A stretch of 64,000 nt of DNA from a virus (lineage: Duplodnaviria > Caudoviricetes). Numbering within the stretch: the stretch's first letter is position 1; the number at the start of each line of letters is the position of its first letter. The stretch lies in IMG/VR virus record IMGVR_UViG_3300035498_000732, positions 32,001-96,000 of that record; one strand, given 5' to 3'. The translations under genes and the position numbers were made by a program. The notes under the pieces were generated by a model, which was not told the DNA's origin, did no database searches, and saw only the letters and a list, made by a program, of their open reading frames with translations. Of this stretch, positions 39,439-49,799 are shown piece by piece.

Positions 39439-39804
39439 ATGACAGAGTATTTATTATCTACTAATGATTTCGGTGAACCGAAGAAATTAATTGACAATGC
39501 TGCAAGAGGTATTGACATATTAAGATTACTCATTTTAACCCCAGGGCATAATCCATTATTCCCTAAAATGGGATGTGATCTTATTAAATATCGTCATATA
39601 ATGTCAGATGAATTACCTACATTAAAAAGCATTGTAACAAAGCAGATTGATACTTATTTGCCTGAATGCTTAATGGATTCGGTTGAGCTCGAAATAGTTC
39701 AGAACAAGTATATCAATATCATTATCCAATGTAGAGATGGAGTTATATACACATATGACTCTACAGATGATATATCACCAGTGTCATTGGAAGTGGTATA
39801 TTAA
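39439..39804 (+). CDS. Baseplate wedge subunit (gp25/GPW-like)
   Basis: LILTPGHNPLFPKMGCDL matches the gp25 T.PGE...P.FG motif. Confidence 0.7.
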   Translation: MTEYLLSTNDFGEPKKLIDNAARGIDILRLLILTPGHNPLFPKMGCDLIKYRHIMSDELPTLKSIVTKQIDTYLPECLMDSVELEIVQNKYINIIIQCRDGVIYTYDSTDDISPVSLEVVY

Positions 39805-39821
39805 AGAAGGAGGATTTTATA

Positions 39822-41792
39822 ATGGCAAACATTAATGATCTCAAGACAGGACCAGCAGCCACCAATGCCCCTATTCAGATTACAGATCCTAATCTTATGG
39901 CTAAGAGAAAACCTATTAAGGTGAATTTATCTAGTCTTACAGATGATGAGTCTAATACAGAATCCACAAATACAGTGGCAAAAGAGCCTACTAGAAGAGA
40001 AAGGGTTAATGGAGCTGTAGATCTTGTAGCAGCAAATACAGTATCTGAAGTTACTAGTGATGGCACCAAGATTTTTAAGCCTACAGATATTCCAAAGATC
40101 AAAGATCCATATGAGAAAGAACCTGAAGTAATGGAAACACAGGTTAAAAATGAATTGCATGATGTGATTACTCGTAAGCAGGCAGAGGCTAAAGCTGAAC
40201 TTGAAGCTCTTATGGCAGAGAGTGAAGTTAATGAGAAGATCGTTAAAGAAAAAGGTATTACATTTGATGAAGATGGTAATGCTATTGCTGCTGATGGAAA
40301 GGCAGCTGAGTTATCAGATGAAGATAATTTAGAGGCTGCATTAGATATTGAACTTGCTCAGATGGGAGTTTCCCATATGAATCCACCTCATGAGGATGAT
40401 CATGAATATGAGACTATAGATGATGATGAGTTCAATAATCTTATGAATGATTTTGATCAGGAAAATCCTGGAGAAGAGATCAGCAGAGCACAAGCTCCAG
40501 AGCCAGTAGCTCAGGAAATTCCTCAGAATATAGTAGAGTATCATTACTATCAGGAAGGTGAACTTGAGGCAGAAGATGAGGAAGATTTGTATGATCCTGC
40601 AGAATCAGAATCTCCACAGGAAGATGAGCCGGATGAAATTGAAGATGATGTAGATGGTCTTCTTAAAGAACTTGAAGAAGCTAATAGTGATGAAGATGAT
40701 GAAGATCTGGATGAGGAGGAACAGCAGAAAGAGTTTGAGGAGTTTACGCAAGAAGCTTCTAAGATTATGAACTTAGCTCCTCGTAGATTAGATATCTCTG
40801 GATTTAAAGTAGCAGGCAAGGTATCTGCTACATCAGTATTATCATCTCTTACTTCTGGCAAAGCAATTGATAGTAGTGATTGGGCTTTGTCCAATTCCAA
40901 ATTACCAATTACCATGAGCAAATTCAATGGTATTGATTTAAAGAATTTGTCTAATTTTTCTTCTGGTAGAAGAAATAGACAGAATACTGCAATGGAAAGA
41001 TATAAGCTACTTTATGATCATGATCTGAATCCATATAAGCCGGATACTGTAGAGGGATGGGCTAAGACTATCTCTTCAGAAGATGAGGATGATCTCTTCT
41101 TTGCTGTATATGATGCTACATTCCATAATGCAAATCATATTCCATATACTTGCCCAAATGAGAAATGTAATCATGCATGGATATCTGAGCATATTCCTAC
41201 ATCATCTATGTATAGATTCGTAGATCCTGAATTTGAGAAAGAATTTATGGCTATTAGAGATAAAGGACCAGTGAAAGGACAGCAGAGAAATATAACAACT
41301 AAGATTGTTCCTATTACTGATTCTATTGCTGTAGGAGTAAAGAATCCTGATATCTATGATAGAAGATTTGTATATGGACTTGTAGGCGGAGAATTCTACA
41401 CTAAATACAGTGATGTATTGGATATTTACCCATTCATTGACCAGTTCTATAAGATTGATTCTGTAAATCAGAGACTTGAGCAGATTATTACAGCTCCTAA
41501 GGGTAAAGAAGGAGAGCTTCTTAAGAATATTAAGAATAGAGTAATCATCTATAACCGTATTATCAAGTCATTTGATACAGATGAATACAATCTTCTTATT
41601 GCAGTATTAGGACAGAGAGATGAGAATGAAGATAAGAAGCGCGTTGAATACTTTATTCCTGCAGCAACTTGTCCTAAATGTGGTAGAGCAGTTCCAGAAC
41701 AGATCTTATCTGAGGCTAATGGAACCACTATTGAAACACAGCTTTTTACACGGCGGCCTTTGGCACTCATAGCCAATACATCGACAACCTAG
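39822..41792 (+). CDS. Baseplate hub assembly protein (T4 gp26-like) with acidic N-terminal half
   Basis: CPNEKC and CPKC motifs in the C-terminal domain; adjacent to gp25-like gene. Confidence 0.55.
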   Translation: MANINDLKTGPAATNAPIQITDPNLMAKRKPIKVNLSSLTDDESNTESTNTVAKEPTRRERVNGAVDLVAANTVSEVTSDGTKIFKPTDIPKIKDPYEKEPEVMETQVKNELHDVITRKQAEAKAELEALMAESEVNEKIVKEKGITFDEDGNAIAADGKAAELSDEDNLEAALDIELAQMGVSHMNPPHEDDHEYETIDDDEFNNLMNDFDQENPGEEISRAQAPEPVAQEIPQNIVEYHYYQEGELEAEDEEDLYDPAESESPQEDEPDEIEDDVDGLLKELEEANSDEDDEDLDEEEQQKEFEEFTQEASKIMNLAPRRLDISGFKVAGKVSATSVLSSLTSGKAIDSSDWALSNSKLPITMSKFNGIDLKNLSNFSSGRRNRQNTAMERYKLLYDHDLNPYKPDTVEGWAKTISSEDEDDLFFAVYDATFHNANHIPYTCPNEKCNHAWISEHIPTSSMYRFVDPEFEKEFMAIRDKGPVKGQQRNITTKIVPITDSIAVGVKNPDIYDRRFVYGLVGGEFYTKYSDVLDIYPFIDQFYKIDSVNQRLEQIITAPKGKEGELLKNIKNRVIIYNRIIKSFDTDEYNLLIAVLGQRDENEDKKRVEYFIPAATCPKCGRAVPEQILSEANGTTIETQLFTRRPLALIANTSTT

Positions 41793-42058
41793 TACGTGTA
41801 GGTAAATATTGTAAGGGATTTGCTTCGATAGATCAACTTCAACAGATGCCATATGAGGATTTTCATGAGTTGTTCTATCAAGCATATGTCCAAGCAACGA
41901 CTGACGAAGGCCAGAAACAAAGAGAGGCAGAAGAAATAGAAGAGCAATTTGAAGAAATGGTACCTCAGCAGTACTACGGATCGACTGACATGGGAATAGC
42001 TATTAAGAATGCCGTAGAAGCAGAAAAGAATAAACCTAAGAAACCGCCTAGGAAATAA
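41744..42058 (+). CDS. Probable -1 frameshift extension of the hub protein (gp51/tail-chaperone-T-like)
   Basis: The -1 frame is open from 41735 to 42058; ATG 41846 has no RBS; CTT TTT site at 41742-41747. Confidence 0.5.
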   Translation, partial: FYTAAFGTHSQYIDNLVRVGKYCKGFASIDQLQQMPYEDFHELFYQAYVQATTDEGQKQREAEEIEEQFEEMVPQQYYGSTDMGIAIKNAVEAEKNKPKKPPRK

Positions 42059-42077
42059 AAGGAGAATATAAGAATAG

Positions 42078-42413
42078 ATGAATGATAGAATTTCATATAT
42101 TAATTCCATTAATTTCCATGGTCAGCATGATAATATGGCCCCAACAATCATCAGATACTTTGATGAAACCATGGGGTTATATGGTATAATAGGAAATAAT
42201 ACGATATCCATAGACGTTACTAATACAGATGGATCTCTTATTTTTGGTATCAATTTGAGAACTGTTTCTGATGCTGACACATTGGAATCTACTTTAGAAC
42301 AATGCAGTAGTCCAATAAGTATATATGGAAGATCTTTTTCAATTTCATATACTAGACATAATGATTTGGAAATACATATTACAGTGAGTCCAGTAAGTGC
42401 ATCTCCTCTTTGA
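42078..42413 (+). CDS. Hypothetical protein
   Basis: AGGAG RBS; ends within a terminator hairpin (~42398-42428). Confidence 0.6.
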   Translation: MNDRISYINSINFHGQHDNMAPTIIRYFDETMGLYGIIGNNTISIDVTNTDGSLIFGINLRTVSDADTLESTLEQCSSPISIYGRSFSISYTRHNDLEIHITVSPVSASPL

Positions 42414-42459
42414 GGGGATGCATTTTTTGCACATATTATTAATTTAAAGGAGGTGCTGT

Positions 42460-44265
42460 ATGGAAATATATGATAGAAATTTTCTATTAACAGAAGCTAA
42501 TGGATTACGATTCTATATGAAAGATGCATCAAATAGTCTTGAAATAAAATTTCTTGGATTGAATGATAATTATGATAATCCTTTACTAGAGGAGTATGAT
42601 AAAAAGAGTCAACTAAGATTCACTGCAGAGATATTAGATCAACAGAAATTCATTAAAAGAAATGAATTACAGAAGATAACGAATCCTATATTCTTTGAAC
42701 GTGCTGGAGTTCCTACATCTGATGGATTATTATCTAATGAAATCTTTGGTATTACCATGGAAGAGAGATCTGGTATATATGCTTATATAGATCTTAATGG
42801 AACTTATATAGATCCATCAATATATAAAGCTATGATTAAAGTCAATCCAGATGTCAAGAAAGTAGTACATGGAATTGGTAGTTGGAAGATTACAGATGAT
42901 GGTAATCTAGTAGAAGATGAAAAGGGAGATAGTGGTATAGCATTTATTAAATCCAATATAGATAAAATTAAGTTTAAAAAGAATGATTCTATGAGTAGAA
43001 ATCTCAAGATTGATTATATTGAGAAAAATATCAAGAAAGCATTTATAAAATATTGGATTGTAATTCCTGCATACTATAGAGACGTAAATACATCTGGATC
43101 TAATGTAGGAGTGGGATTCATCAATAAGATGTATTCTAATCTTATATCATTTGCTAACCAGAGTTATGAAGAGAATTATTATGGGCTCTCTAAAACCCAT
43201 GCTACGTCTGGGCGTATTCAAGAGACTATTCTTGCTATATATGATTACTTCAGTGGAAATACCAATTCTATGATTGGAGATAAAGATCAAGGTGTAGGAC
43301 TACAGGGTAAATTTGGTATAATTAGACGTTCTGTTACATCTAAGACTGCTGATTATTCTTGTCGTTTGGTTATCTCTGCTCCTAATGTAAAAGCAGAGAG
43401 AAGAAATGATATGATGGTAGATTTGGATCATGCTGCTGTACCATTATCTACAGCAATTACCATATTCTATCCATATATACTTTTCTTAGTAAGAAGATTC
43501 TTTGAGCAAGAATTTTCTAGTAATACCTTATATCCATGTGTAAATATAGATACAAAAGAAGTACATTATTATCATGCTAAAGATCCTCTTATTGAGTTTT
43601 CTGATGAGAGAATTACAGCAGAGATGAAGAGATTTATTCATGGTAATTCTAATCGTATTATTCCAATTGAGATACCAGTGGAAGAAGATGATGGAAGAAC
43701 CTATTATATGTACTTTAAAGGAATACTTGGAGAACCAGGCAATCCAGACTATAATCCAGAAGCAATTTTTCAGAGAAGACTTACATGGGTAGATGTATTC
43801 TATAGAGCTGCCGTAGAAGCATGTAAAGATAAAGTAGGATTGGTTACACGATATCCTATGGACTCTAGATATAATCAGTATCCTATCTCATTGAATGTAT
43901 CATCTACAATAGAGACTGAGAATATGGTTGTTGATAATACTTTTTATAAATTCTATCCAAAGATTAGAGAAGAAGATATAGGGTCCGATACAAGCTCTAT
44001 GTTTATTGATACATTCGTAATGAGTAATCTATATCTTCCTGCTATTGGCGGAGATTATGATGGCGATACTGTTACTTTGAAGGGAGTATATACTACCGAA
44101 GCTAATGATGAGCTTAAAGCATATATGAATACTAAAGCTAATTATGTAGACCTTGGTGGTAATATCATTAGAACTCCTACCAAAGAGGCAATCATATCAA
44201 TGTATTCTTTGACAATGATGACAGATAATATAATTGAGGGTGTATTAACTAACCCAGAGTTCTGA
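42460..44265 (+). CDS. rpoC: Multisubunit RNA polymerase beta' subunit, N-terminal/catalytic part (probably virion RNAP)
   Basis: DGLLSNEIFG, GKFGIIRR..KTADYSCRLVI, TRYP and catalytic GGDYDGD; late promoter 42430-42443 and LLTE|A leader suggest a packaged enzyme. Confidence 0.9.
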   Translation: MEIYDRNFLLTEANGLRFYMKDASNSLEIKFLGLNDNYDNPLLEEYDKKSQLRFTAEILDQQKFIKRNELQKITNPIFFERAGVPTSDGLLSNEIFGITMEERSGIYAYIDLNGTYIDPSIYKAMIKVNPDVKKVVHGIGSWKITDDGNLVEDEKGDSGIAFIKSNIDKIKFKKNDSMSRNLKIDYIEKNIKKAFIKYWIVIPAYYRDVNTSGSNVGVGFINKMYSNLISFANQSYEENYYGLSKTHATSGRIQETILAIYDYFSGNTNSMIGDKDQGVGLQGKFGIIRRSVTSKTADYSCRLVISAPNVKAERRNDMMVDLDHAAVPLSTAITIFYPYILFLVRRFFEQEFSSNTLYPCVNIDTKEVHYYHAKDPLIEFSDERITAEMKRFIHGNSNRIIPIEIPVEEDDGRTYYMYFKGILGEPGNPDYNPEAIFQRRLTWVDVFYRAAVEACKDKVGLVTRYPMDSRYNQYPISLNVSSTIETENMVVDNTFYKFYPKIREEDIGSDTSSMFIDTFVMSNLYLPAIGGDYDGDTVTLKGVYTTEANDELKAYMNTKANYVDLGGNIIRTPTKEAIISMYSLTMMTDNIIEGVLTNPEF

Positions 44266-44319
44266 TTATTTATTATGATGAAAACTTTGTAGTATTATGT
44301 AATTATTCGGGGTGAGTAG

Positions 44320-44652
44320 ATGAATAGCAGTCAGATACCAACACTCAAGAAGTGGGTAGAACACAAGTATGCTACTGGTACCAGAATTGAAGAATCTAAT
44401 AAGACAATCATACTAGACCGAAATATTATTACATTAGATGGAGTTAGATTATATACAGATGGTATACGAGAAACAAATGATGAATTCCAGACTATAAATA
44501 TATCTGGGTTCAATTATGCTATGGTATGTTTTTATGGGCAACAATACAAAAGTTTTATCAATAGAATCATCATATATTGTAATCCTAATTCCTCATGGGA
44601 TCTTTTTAAGTATGCCAGGACTGTGAGGAATATATTAAAAACCTACCAATAG
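44320..44652 (+). CDS. Hypothetical protein
   Basis: GGGGTG RBS, 110 aa. Confidence 0.5.
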   Translation: MNSSQIPTLKKWVEHKYATGTRIEESNKTIILDRNIITLDGVRLYTDGIRETNDEFQTINISGFNYAMVCFYGQQYKSFINRIIIYCNPNSSWDLFKYARTVRNILKTYQ

Positions 44653-44741
44653 TGAAACAATGAAGTAATTCATTTAAACCAAGTTTCTAAGAGGCACTAT
44701 TCTGTGCCTCTTAATTTTTATGATTAAAGGAGGAAAATACT

Positions 44742-45494
44742 ATGGCATTAGGAGATTCAAATCAGAATCAGAATAGGACATATGCTCCTACATATTGGAG
44801 CAGATGGAGTATCAAACAGAAGGATGGAAAGCTTAGATTATCTCCAAGATTTTCATCTGGATTATTAACACTTGAGATTAGTAAATCTACATCAGATTTC
44901 AAGTGGGAGAATGTGGCTAGTATTACACTTAGCCCTATGAAAGCTTCCATCTTTGCAAGTGAAGTAAATAAATTCTTAAATGAATTTAGTTTAGGGGAGT
45001 TTTCTGGTAAGGCATATGGCGTTGACACTGGCATTAAAGAAGTAAGACCTATCATTGCAATCACTATGATTGACGATCAGCCTACTATTGTAATTGGAAA
45101 GGTTACTCCAGATGGAGCATTTGAGTCACGTATTGATTATAAGCTCAATACAGAATATCACTATGCATTAGAGTGGAGAAATCTTGATGAGATGGATGTA
45201 GAGAAGTCTTATTATAATACAGCTGAAATTGAGCAGATTATTGATCTTTGTAATGAATTTGCAAGAAGTGCATTTGGAGCAACTGCAGCTGCTACATGTG
45301 ACATGATGAAATGGGATTATCAGATGCCTAAGAATATTGAGGCTATTGCTCTTAAGCTTGGAGTGGAGACTGGTAAGATGAGCAGTAATAATTCTCGTAG
45401 TGTTGGGAATTCATTCTTTAACAAGGATGACAATAAAAACAGTGGAACCACTAGGAGAAGCACAATTGAAGAATTGGAGAATGAATTAGGATGA
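44742..45494 (+). CDS. Hypothetical protein, possibly ssDNA-binding
   Basis: AGGAGG RBS; beta-rich core, S/N-rich linker, acidic C-terminus; promoter 44656-44669. Confidence 0.45.
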   Translation: MALGDSNQNQNRTYAPTYWSRWSIKQKDGKLRLSPRFSSGLLTLEISKSTSDFKWENVASITLSPMKASIFASEVNKFLNEFSLGEFSGKAYGVDTGIKEVRPIIAITMIDDQPTIVIGKVTPDGAFESRIDYKLNTEYHYALEWRNLDEMDVEKSYYNTAEIEQIIDLCNEFARSAFGATAAATCDMMKWDYQMPKNIEAIALKLGVETGKMSSNNSRSVGNSFFNKDDNKNSGTTRRSTIEELENELG

Positions 45495-46159
45495 TTGATC
45501 TGGCGCCAGATATACATCCATTATTTTCATTTGGGGCCATTTTCGATACAGATTTTGGCCTCATAAAATTACTGAAAGATCAATACAGAGCAGAGAGTAC
45601 TTTTGATCTCTCTGTTCTGGATCTTCCAGATGATGATCTTAAGAAGATCTTAGTATCAAGAAAAGATATCAATCCATTATCTGTTTGCATGCTGGACTAT
45701 GAGAATAATAAAGAATTAGCAAATGATTACTATGATCAATTTATGGATAACGAAATAGTTAATATCTTAGATAGATCTGCATTTACTGCTATTGGAAGAC
45801 TCTTTATTTTATGCCCAACTGCATCAGATGATATTTGCCCAGCTGTATCATTTAGAAATAAATATGAGGTAGAATTTCTTAGGAATCAGATATTAGGATC
45901 TGAATATAAGATTGACTATGATGAAGTAATGGAGACAAATTTGAATTGTAGTGGCTATGATCCTATAATTGTAAAAGATTGTATGGAATTTGCCACTTAT
46001 AGAAACTATGATGGGCATAATATATATTTACCTCGTTATGGTTTTAATATGATTCACCAAGATGGAAAAGAATTGGTAGAACCTACTATAGCTATTGGCT
46101 TTTTGAGGCATCAGTGTATAGTAAGTTTTATTGATGTATATAAAAGAAAGGAAGGGTAA
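45491..46159 (+). CDS. Hypothetical protein
   Basis: ATGA overlap with the previous gene. Confidence 0.6.
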   Translation: MIDLAPDIHPLFSFGAIFDTDFGLIKLLKDQYRAESTFDLSVLDLPDDDLKKILVSRKDINPLSVCMLDYENNKELANDYYDQFMDNEIVNILDRSAFTAIGRLFILCPTASDDICPAVSFRNKYEVEFLRNQILGSEYKIDYDEVMETNLNCSGYDPIIVKDCMEFATYRNYDGHNIYLPRYGFNMIHQDGKELVEPTIAIGFLRHQCIVSFIDVYKRKEG

Positions 46160-46160
46160 T

Positions 46161-48134
46161 ATGAGTGATACCGAAAAGGCCACAACAATTGCTAATATTG
46201 AGACAGAAGAAGGCCCTGTAGAAGTAATGGATGAGGAGGATTATATTAGAGTAGCTGTAAGCAATGGCATGAATATTGATAAGCTTGATAAAGCTATTCA
46301 GAAGATCAATCCAAAGAAGAAACCAGAAGATATTATTATCTCTAATATCGTAAAGAAGCCTTCTCTTAGAAGAGTTCAACTCAGAACCATTAAAGATCTG
46401 GCAGAAAAGGTGATGGCTACATATGGTCCTATGGAATCCAATACCGCCATAATTAAAGGAAACTCCAAGGAAACTATGGTTACTAAGTATTCTAAGGATG
46501 GGCATACAGTATTAAAAGGCAATACATACATTGATCCTATCGAGATGTCTATCCAGGCAGAAGCAGAGAATATTACTAGCCGTGTAGAGAGAGAAGTTGG
46601 AGATGGTACATCATCTGCTATTGAGATGGCTGCTCTTATCTTTGAAGAGCTATGCAATATTGAAGAGCAGGCAAAATATCGTCCTTATGCTCTTATGAGA
46701 TCTTTCCAGAAGGTAGTAGATATGATTAAAGATGAGATCAAATCATCTGCTAGTCCATTAGAGTTAGATGATATCTATAATATCTCTATGATTTCTACTA
46801 ATGGAAATACAGAAATTGCTACTCAGATGAGGCAGATTTATGAGACTTACGGCAATGATGTTTACATTGATGTCCGTCCTAATACAGGCAAAGAAGATAT
46901 GATCAAAGTATATGACGGATTAACTATGGATGTGGGATATTCTGATGTAGCATATGTAAATGGTGCTGATGGAATGTCTACTATTAAGGATGCTAGAATA
47001 TATTACTTCTTAGATCCTATTGATACTAGAGAAATGATCTCACTCTTTGAGAAGATTATCATTGAGAATATCATGATTCCAATGCAGAATGAGATGCAAT
47101 GTATTCCTACAGTAATTGTATCTCCAATCATGTCCAGAGATATGTCATCGTTGATGGAGCAGGTTGTGACCATGATGTATAAATACAATGATGCAGGATT
47201 AATTTCTCAGAAGCCACCACTTTTGGTTATTACTAATCTTGGAGTATATACTGAGTATTTTAATGATATCTCAAGGCTCTGTGGATGTAAAGCTATCTGC
47301 AAATATAATGATGACGAAATTTATAAAGCAGATGTAGAAAAAGGATTAGCTCCTACATTAGATACTGTAGTAAATTTCTATGGAAAATGTGATGAAGTAT
47401 CTGCTGGTGTAGATAAGACCAAATTCATTGGGCCTCATCTCATTCATGCAAGAGATCCAGAGACAGATGAAGTATTAAGAGATGAGAATGGCGATTTCAT
47501 TCCATCATCTACATACAAGATTGTATTGTCATCTCTTGAGGGTGAGCTTATCAATGCTCAGAATAATAAAGCTGATGCAAATGTAATTGGTAATCTTAAG
47601 AGAAGAATTAATTCTTTAAAAGCCAATATGATTGATTTCTTTGTAGGTGGAATGTCTATTTCAGATAGAGATGCAAAGAGAGATCTTGTAGAAGACTGTG
47701 TACTTAGTTGCCGTTCTGCTGCTAAGAGTGGTGTTGGGTTTGCTGCTAACTTTGAAGGATATATGGCTTCTCTTTTTGTATGGAGAGAACTTCGAGATGA
47801 AGCAATCAAGTCTGGTAATGAGGAGAGTATTTCAGATAATTGTGACATTTTAATGGCTCGCATCATCGTATCTGCTTACTACAATATGCAGGTTAAGTTG
47901 TACTCTACATATGAATCTGATTTAAAGAAGGTAAATGAGATTATCATGCAAGGAGCACAGAAGTATGGCAATCCATTTAATCTGGCTACAGAGAAATATG
48001 ATGGAAAGGTTATTACTTCCATTGATACAGATATTGTAATCTTAGATTCTATTGCTAAGATTATAACTCTGATGTTTACGGCTAATCAGGCTATGCTTCC
48101 TTCACCTGTAGGAAATAAATATTTGAACGATTAA
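46161..48134 (+). CDS. groEL: Phage GroEL-like chaperonin
   Basis: TYGP, SKDGHTV, VGDGTSSA and VGG.S....K.D.VED motifs; RBS favours ATG 46161. Confidence 0.9.
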   Translation: MSDTEKATTIANIETEEGPVEVMDEEDYIRVAVSNGMNIDKLDKAIQKINPKKKPEDIIISNIVKKPSLRRVQLRTIKDLAEKVMATYGPMESNTAIIKGNSKETMVTKYSKDGHTVLKGNTYIDPIEMSIQAEAENITSRVEREVGDGTSSAIEMAALIFEELCNIEEQAKYRPYALMRSFQKVVDMIKDEIKSSASPLELDDIYNISMISTNGNTEIATQMRQIYETYGNDVYIDVRPNTGKEDMIKVYDGLTMDVGYSDVAYVNGADGMSTIKDARIYYFLDPIDTREMISLFEKIIIENIMIPMQNEMQCIPTVIVSPIMSRDMSSLMEQVVTMMYKYNDAGLISQKPPLLVITNLGVYTEYFNDISRLCGCKAICKYNDDEIYKADVEKGLAPTLDTVVNFYGKCDEVSAGVDKTKFIGPHLIHARDPETDEVLRDENGDFIPSSTYKIVLSSLEGELINAQNNKADANVIGNLKRRINSLKANMIDFFVGGMSISDRDAKRDLVEDCVLSCRSAAKSGVGFAANFEGYMASLFVWRELRDEAIKSGNEESISDNCDILMARIIVSAYYNMQVKLYSTYESDLKKVNEIIMQGAQKYGNPFNLATEKYDGKVITSIDTDIVILDSIAKIITLMFTANQAMLPSPVGNKYLND

Positions 48135-48190
48135 TTAATTTTGCAGGTAGGCTTTTAGTCTACCTGCTCTTTTTAAGGAGGATAAGAAAA

Positions 48191-48355
48191 ATGGATAATG
48201 CAAAAAGTATAGAAGTTAGAGTTACTGATATTAATAGCATGGATGTATTTATGACTTGTGTGGAAGCTGTCAAAGATGATAAAGGGCAGATTACTTATAA
48301 TACAACCAATATCAAGATCTCCAGAGGAGATATACAGAGATTAAATAGGCTTTAA
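48191..48355 (+). CDS. 54-aa hypothetical protein (absent from ORF track)
   Basis: AAGGAGG RBS; MDNAKSIEVRV...QRLNRL*. Confidence 0.6.
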   Translation: MDNAKSIEVRVTDINSMDVFMTCVEAVKDDKGQITYNTTNIKISRGDIQRLNRL

Positions 48356-48384
48356 TACCTATATACAGCTAAAGGAGAAACGTA

Positions 48385-48912
48385 ATGGAGCAATTTACTA
48401 GAATTAACAGTGAAATGATAAGTGATCATAGAACAAAGTGTAATGACGGAACGTTTAAATATCCATTAATCAATGGTGGAGCAAGGTTTGCTGGAACATA
48501 TAAGGCTGATGATGAAGTTGGGCGAGAATATGCAGTATTCTATTCATTATCAAATGAATACTGTGGTGAAAGTTTTGACGATATGAGAGGAGTAGAAAGG
48601 ACAACGATTATAGACATGGAATCTATTTCTAAATTAAGCAGGAAATTGAAGATTTATGATGTAAAAAAGAATGGAATTGTAAGACTTATTGAAGAGTCTA
48701 AAAATAATGACTTGGTGAATAGAATTGTTATATCATACATTATTCATTCTAATAAACATGTGGTAGCTGCATCAAAGCATTTGTATTCATTTAATAAAGA
48801 TGAAATGTGTGATGATACATATCTTATGCTCTCAGATATCGTTAAAGATTATCCATGCATTGAGCATTCAGCTATTGAAGATGGAAAGTTATTTATAGAT
48901 GTATGTGAATAA
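48385..48912 (+). CDS. Hypothetical protein
   Basis: AAGGAG RBS. Confidence 0.6.
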   Translation: MEQFTRINSEMISDHRTKCNDGTFKYPLINGGARFAGTYKADDEVGREYAVFYSLSNEYCGESFDDMRGVERTTIIDMESISKLSRKLKIYDVKKNGIVRLIEESKNNDLVNRIVISYIIHSNKHVVAASKHLYSFNKDEMCDDTYLMLSDIVKDYPCIEHSAIEDGKLFIDVCE

Positions 48913-48990
48913 GGTATATATTGTTAGTAATGTGGGAAATTATAATTAGATAAACTTTTAATTATATTTCTTTAAAGGGGGTGATGGTGT

Positions 48991-49752
48991 GTGGTAACAA
49001 CTTTTGCGCAATATATTAATAATCCTGCAGGTATGAAAAATGCTGTTATCTCTCACAGAGAGATGTACAGACAATTGTATTCAGCTAAGCTGGATGCAAT
49101 TTATATCCGCGAAAATGGTAATATAGACTATGTGGTCTATAAATCTAAAGATGATTATTATATTCATTTTAAGATTCCATCTGAAATGATAGAAGATTTC
49201 TATTATGATGTGGTATTACAATTTTCGCCTGCAGGACTTGGCAAAGGATTATCCACTTCTATAAGTGACTATTCTATCAGATTCTTTTCTAATGATCCTT
49301 CTTTCATGTATACTTTTACCCATGCATTTTATAAGAATGATTTATTAATTAAAGATCTCATGCCAAGAATGTCTAAGACTGCTCTTAGAAAAAATGCTGA
49401 TGAGAAAAATCCAGATAACCAGATAGGATATGTGAAGGTATTTTACTTCGCATATCTTATTATGGAGAATAAATCGTTATTTTCTAAGATCAGATTAGAT
49501 TCTATGTCTATTCCATATGACAAAAAGAAATTACTAGCCGATGTAGTTGATCAAGACACTAAGGTAACAGAACGACAAGAACAAAAACCGAAAAAGCCTA
49601 AGAAAGACAAGTCCGCTGAATTGCCGGAAGAAGAGACTAGAAAACCTGGGAATGCAACGCCCAGAATTAAGAGAACCAGTGGAGTCACTAAAACGCCAGT
49701 AACTAAGAGAACACCTAAAACTGGCAAAGTGAAACGAACAAAACGTATTTGA
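48991..49752 (+). CDS. Hypothetical protein with basic C-terminal tail
   Basis: GTG start after GGGGG; K/R/T/P-rich tail. Confidence 0.6.
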   Translation: MVTTFAQYINNPAGMKNAVISHREMYRQLYSAKLDAIYIRENGNIDYVVYKSKDDYYIHFKIPSEMIEDFYYDVVLQFSPAGLGKGLSTSISDYSIRFFSNDPSFMYTFTHAFYKNDLLIKDLMPRMSKTALRKNADEKNPDNQIGYVKVFYFAYLIMENKSLFSKIRLDSMSIPYDKKKLLADVVDQDTKVTERQEQKPKKPKKDKSAELPEEETRKPGNATPRIKRTSGVTKTPVTKRTPKTGKVKRTKRI

Positions 49753-49756
49753 GATA

Positions 49757-49764
49757 TATATTAT
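49757..49764 (+). promoter_or_regulatory. Phage early-type promoter (T/C)ATATTAT (representative)
   Basis: Also at ~22330, ~22768 (+) and 34805, 36215, 58429, 62901 (-), upstream of non-structural units. Confidence 0.55.
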
Positions 49765-49799
49765 ATACGTGAGTTTCATTTAGGGAGGTTTAAAAAATT

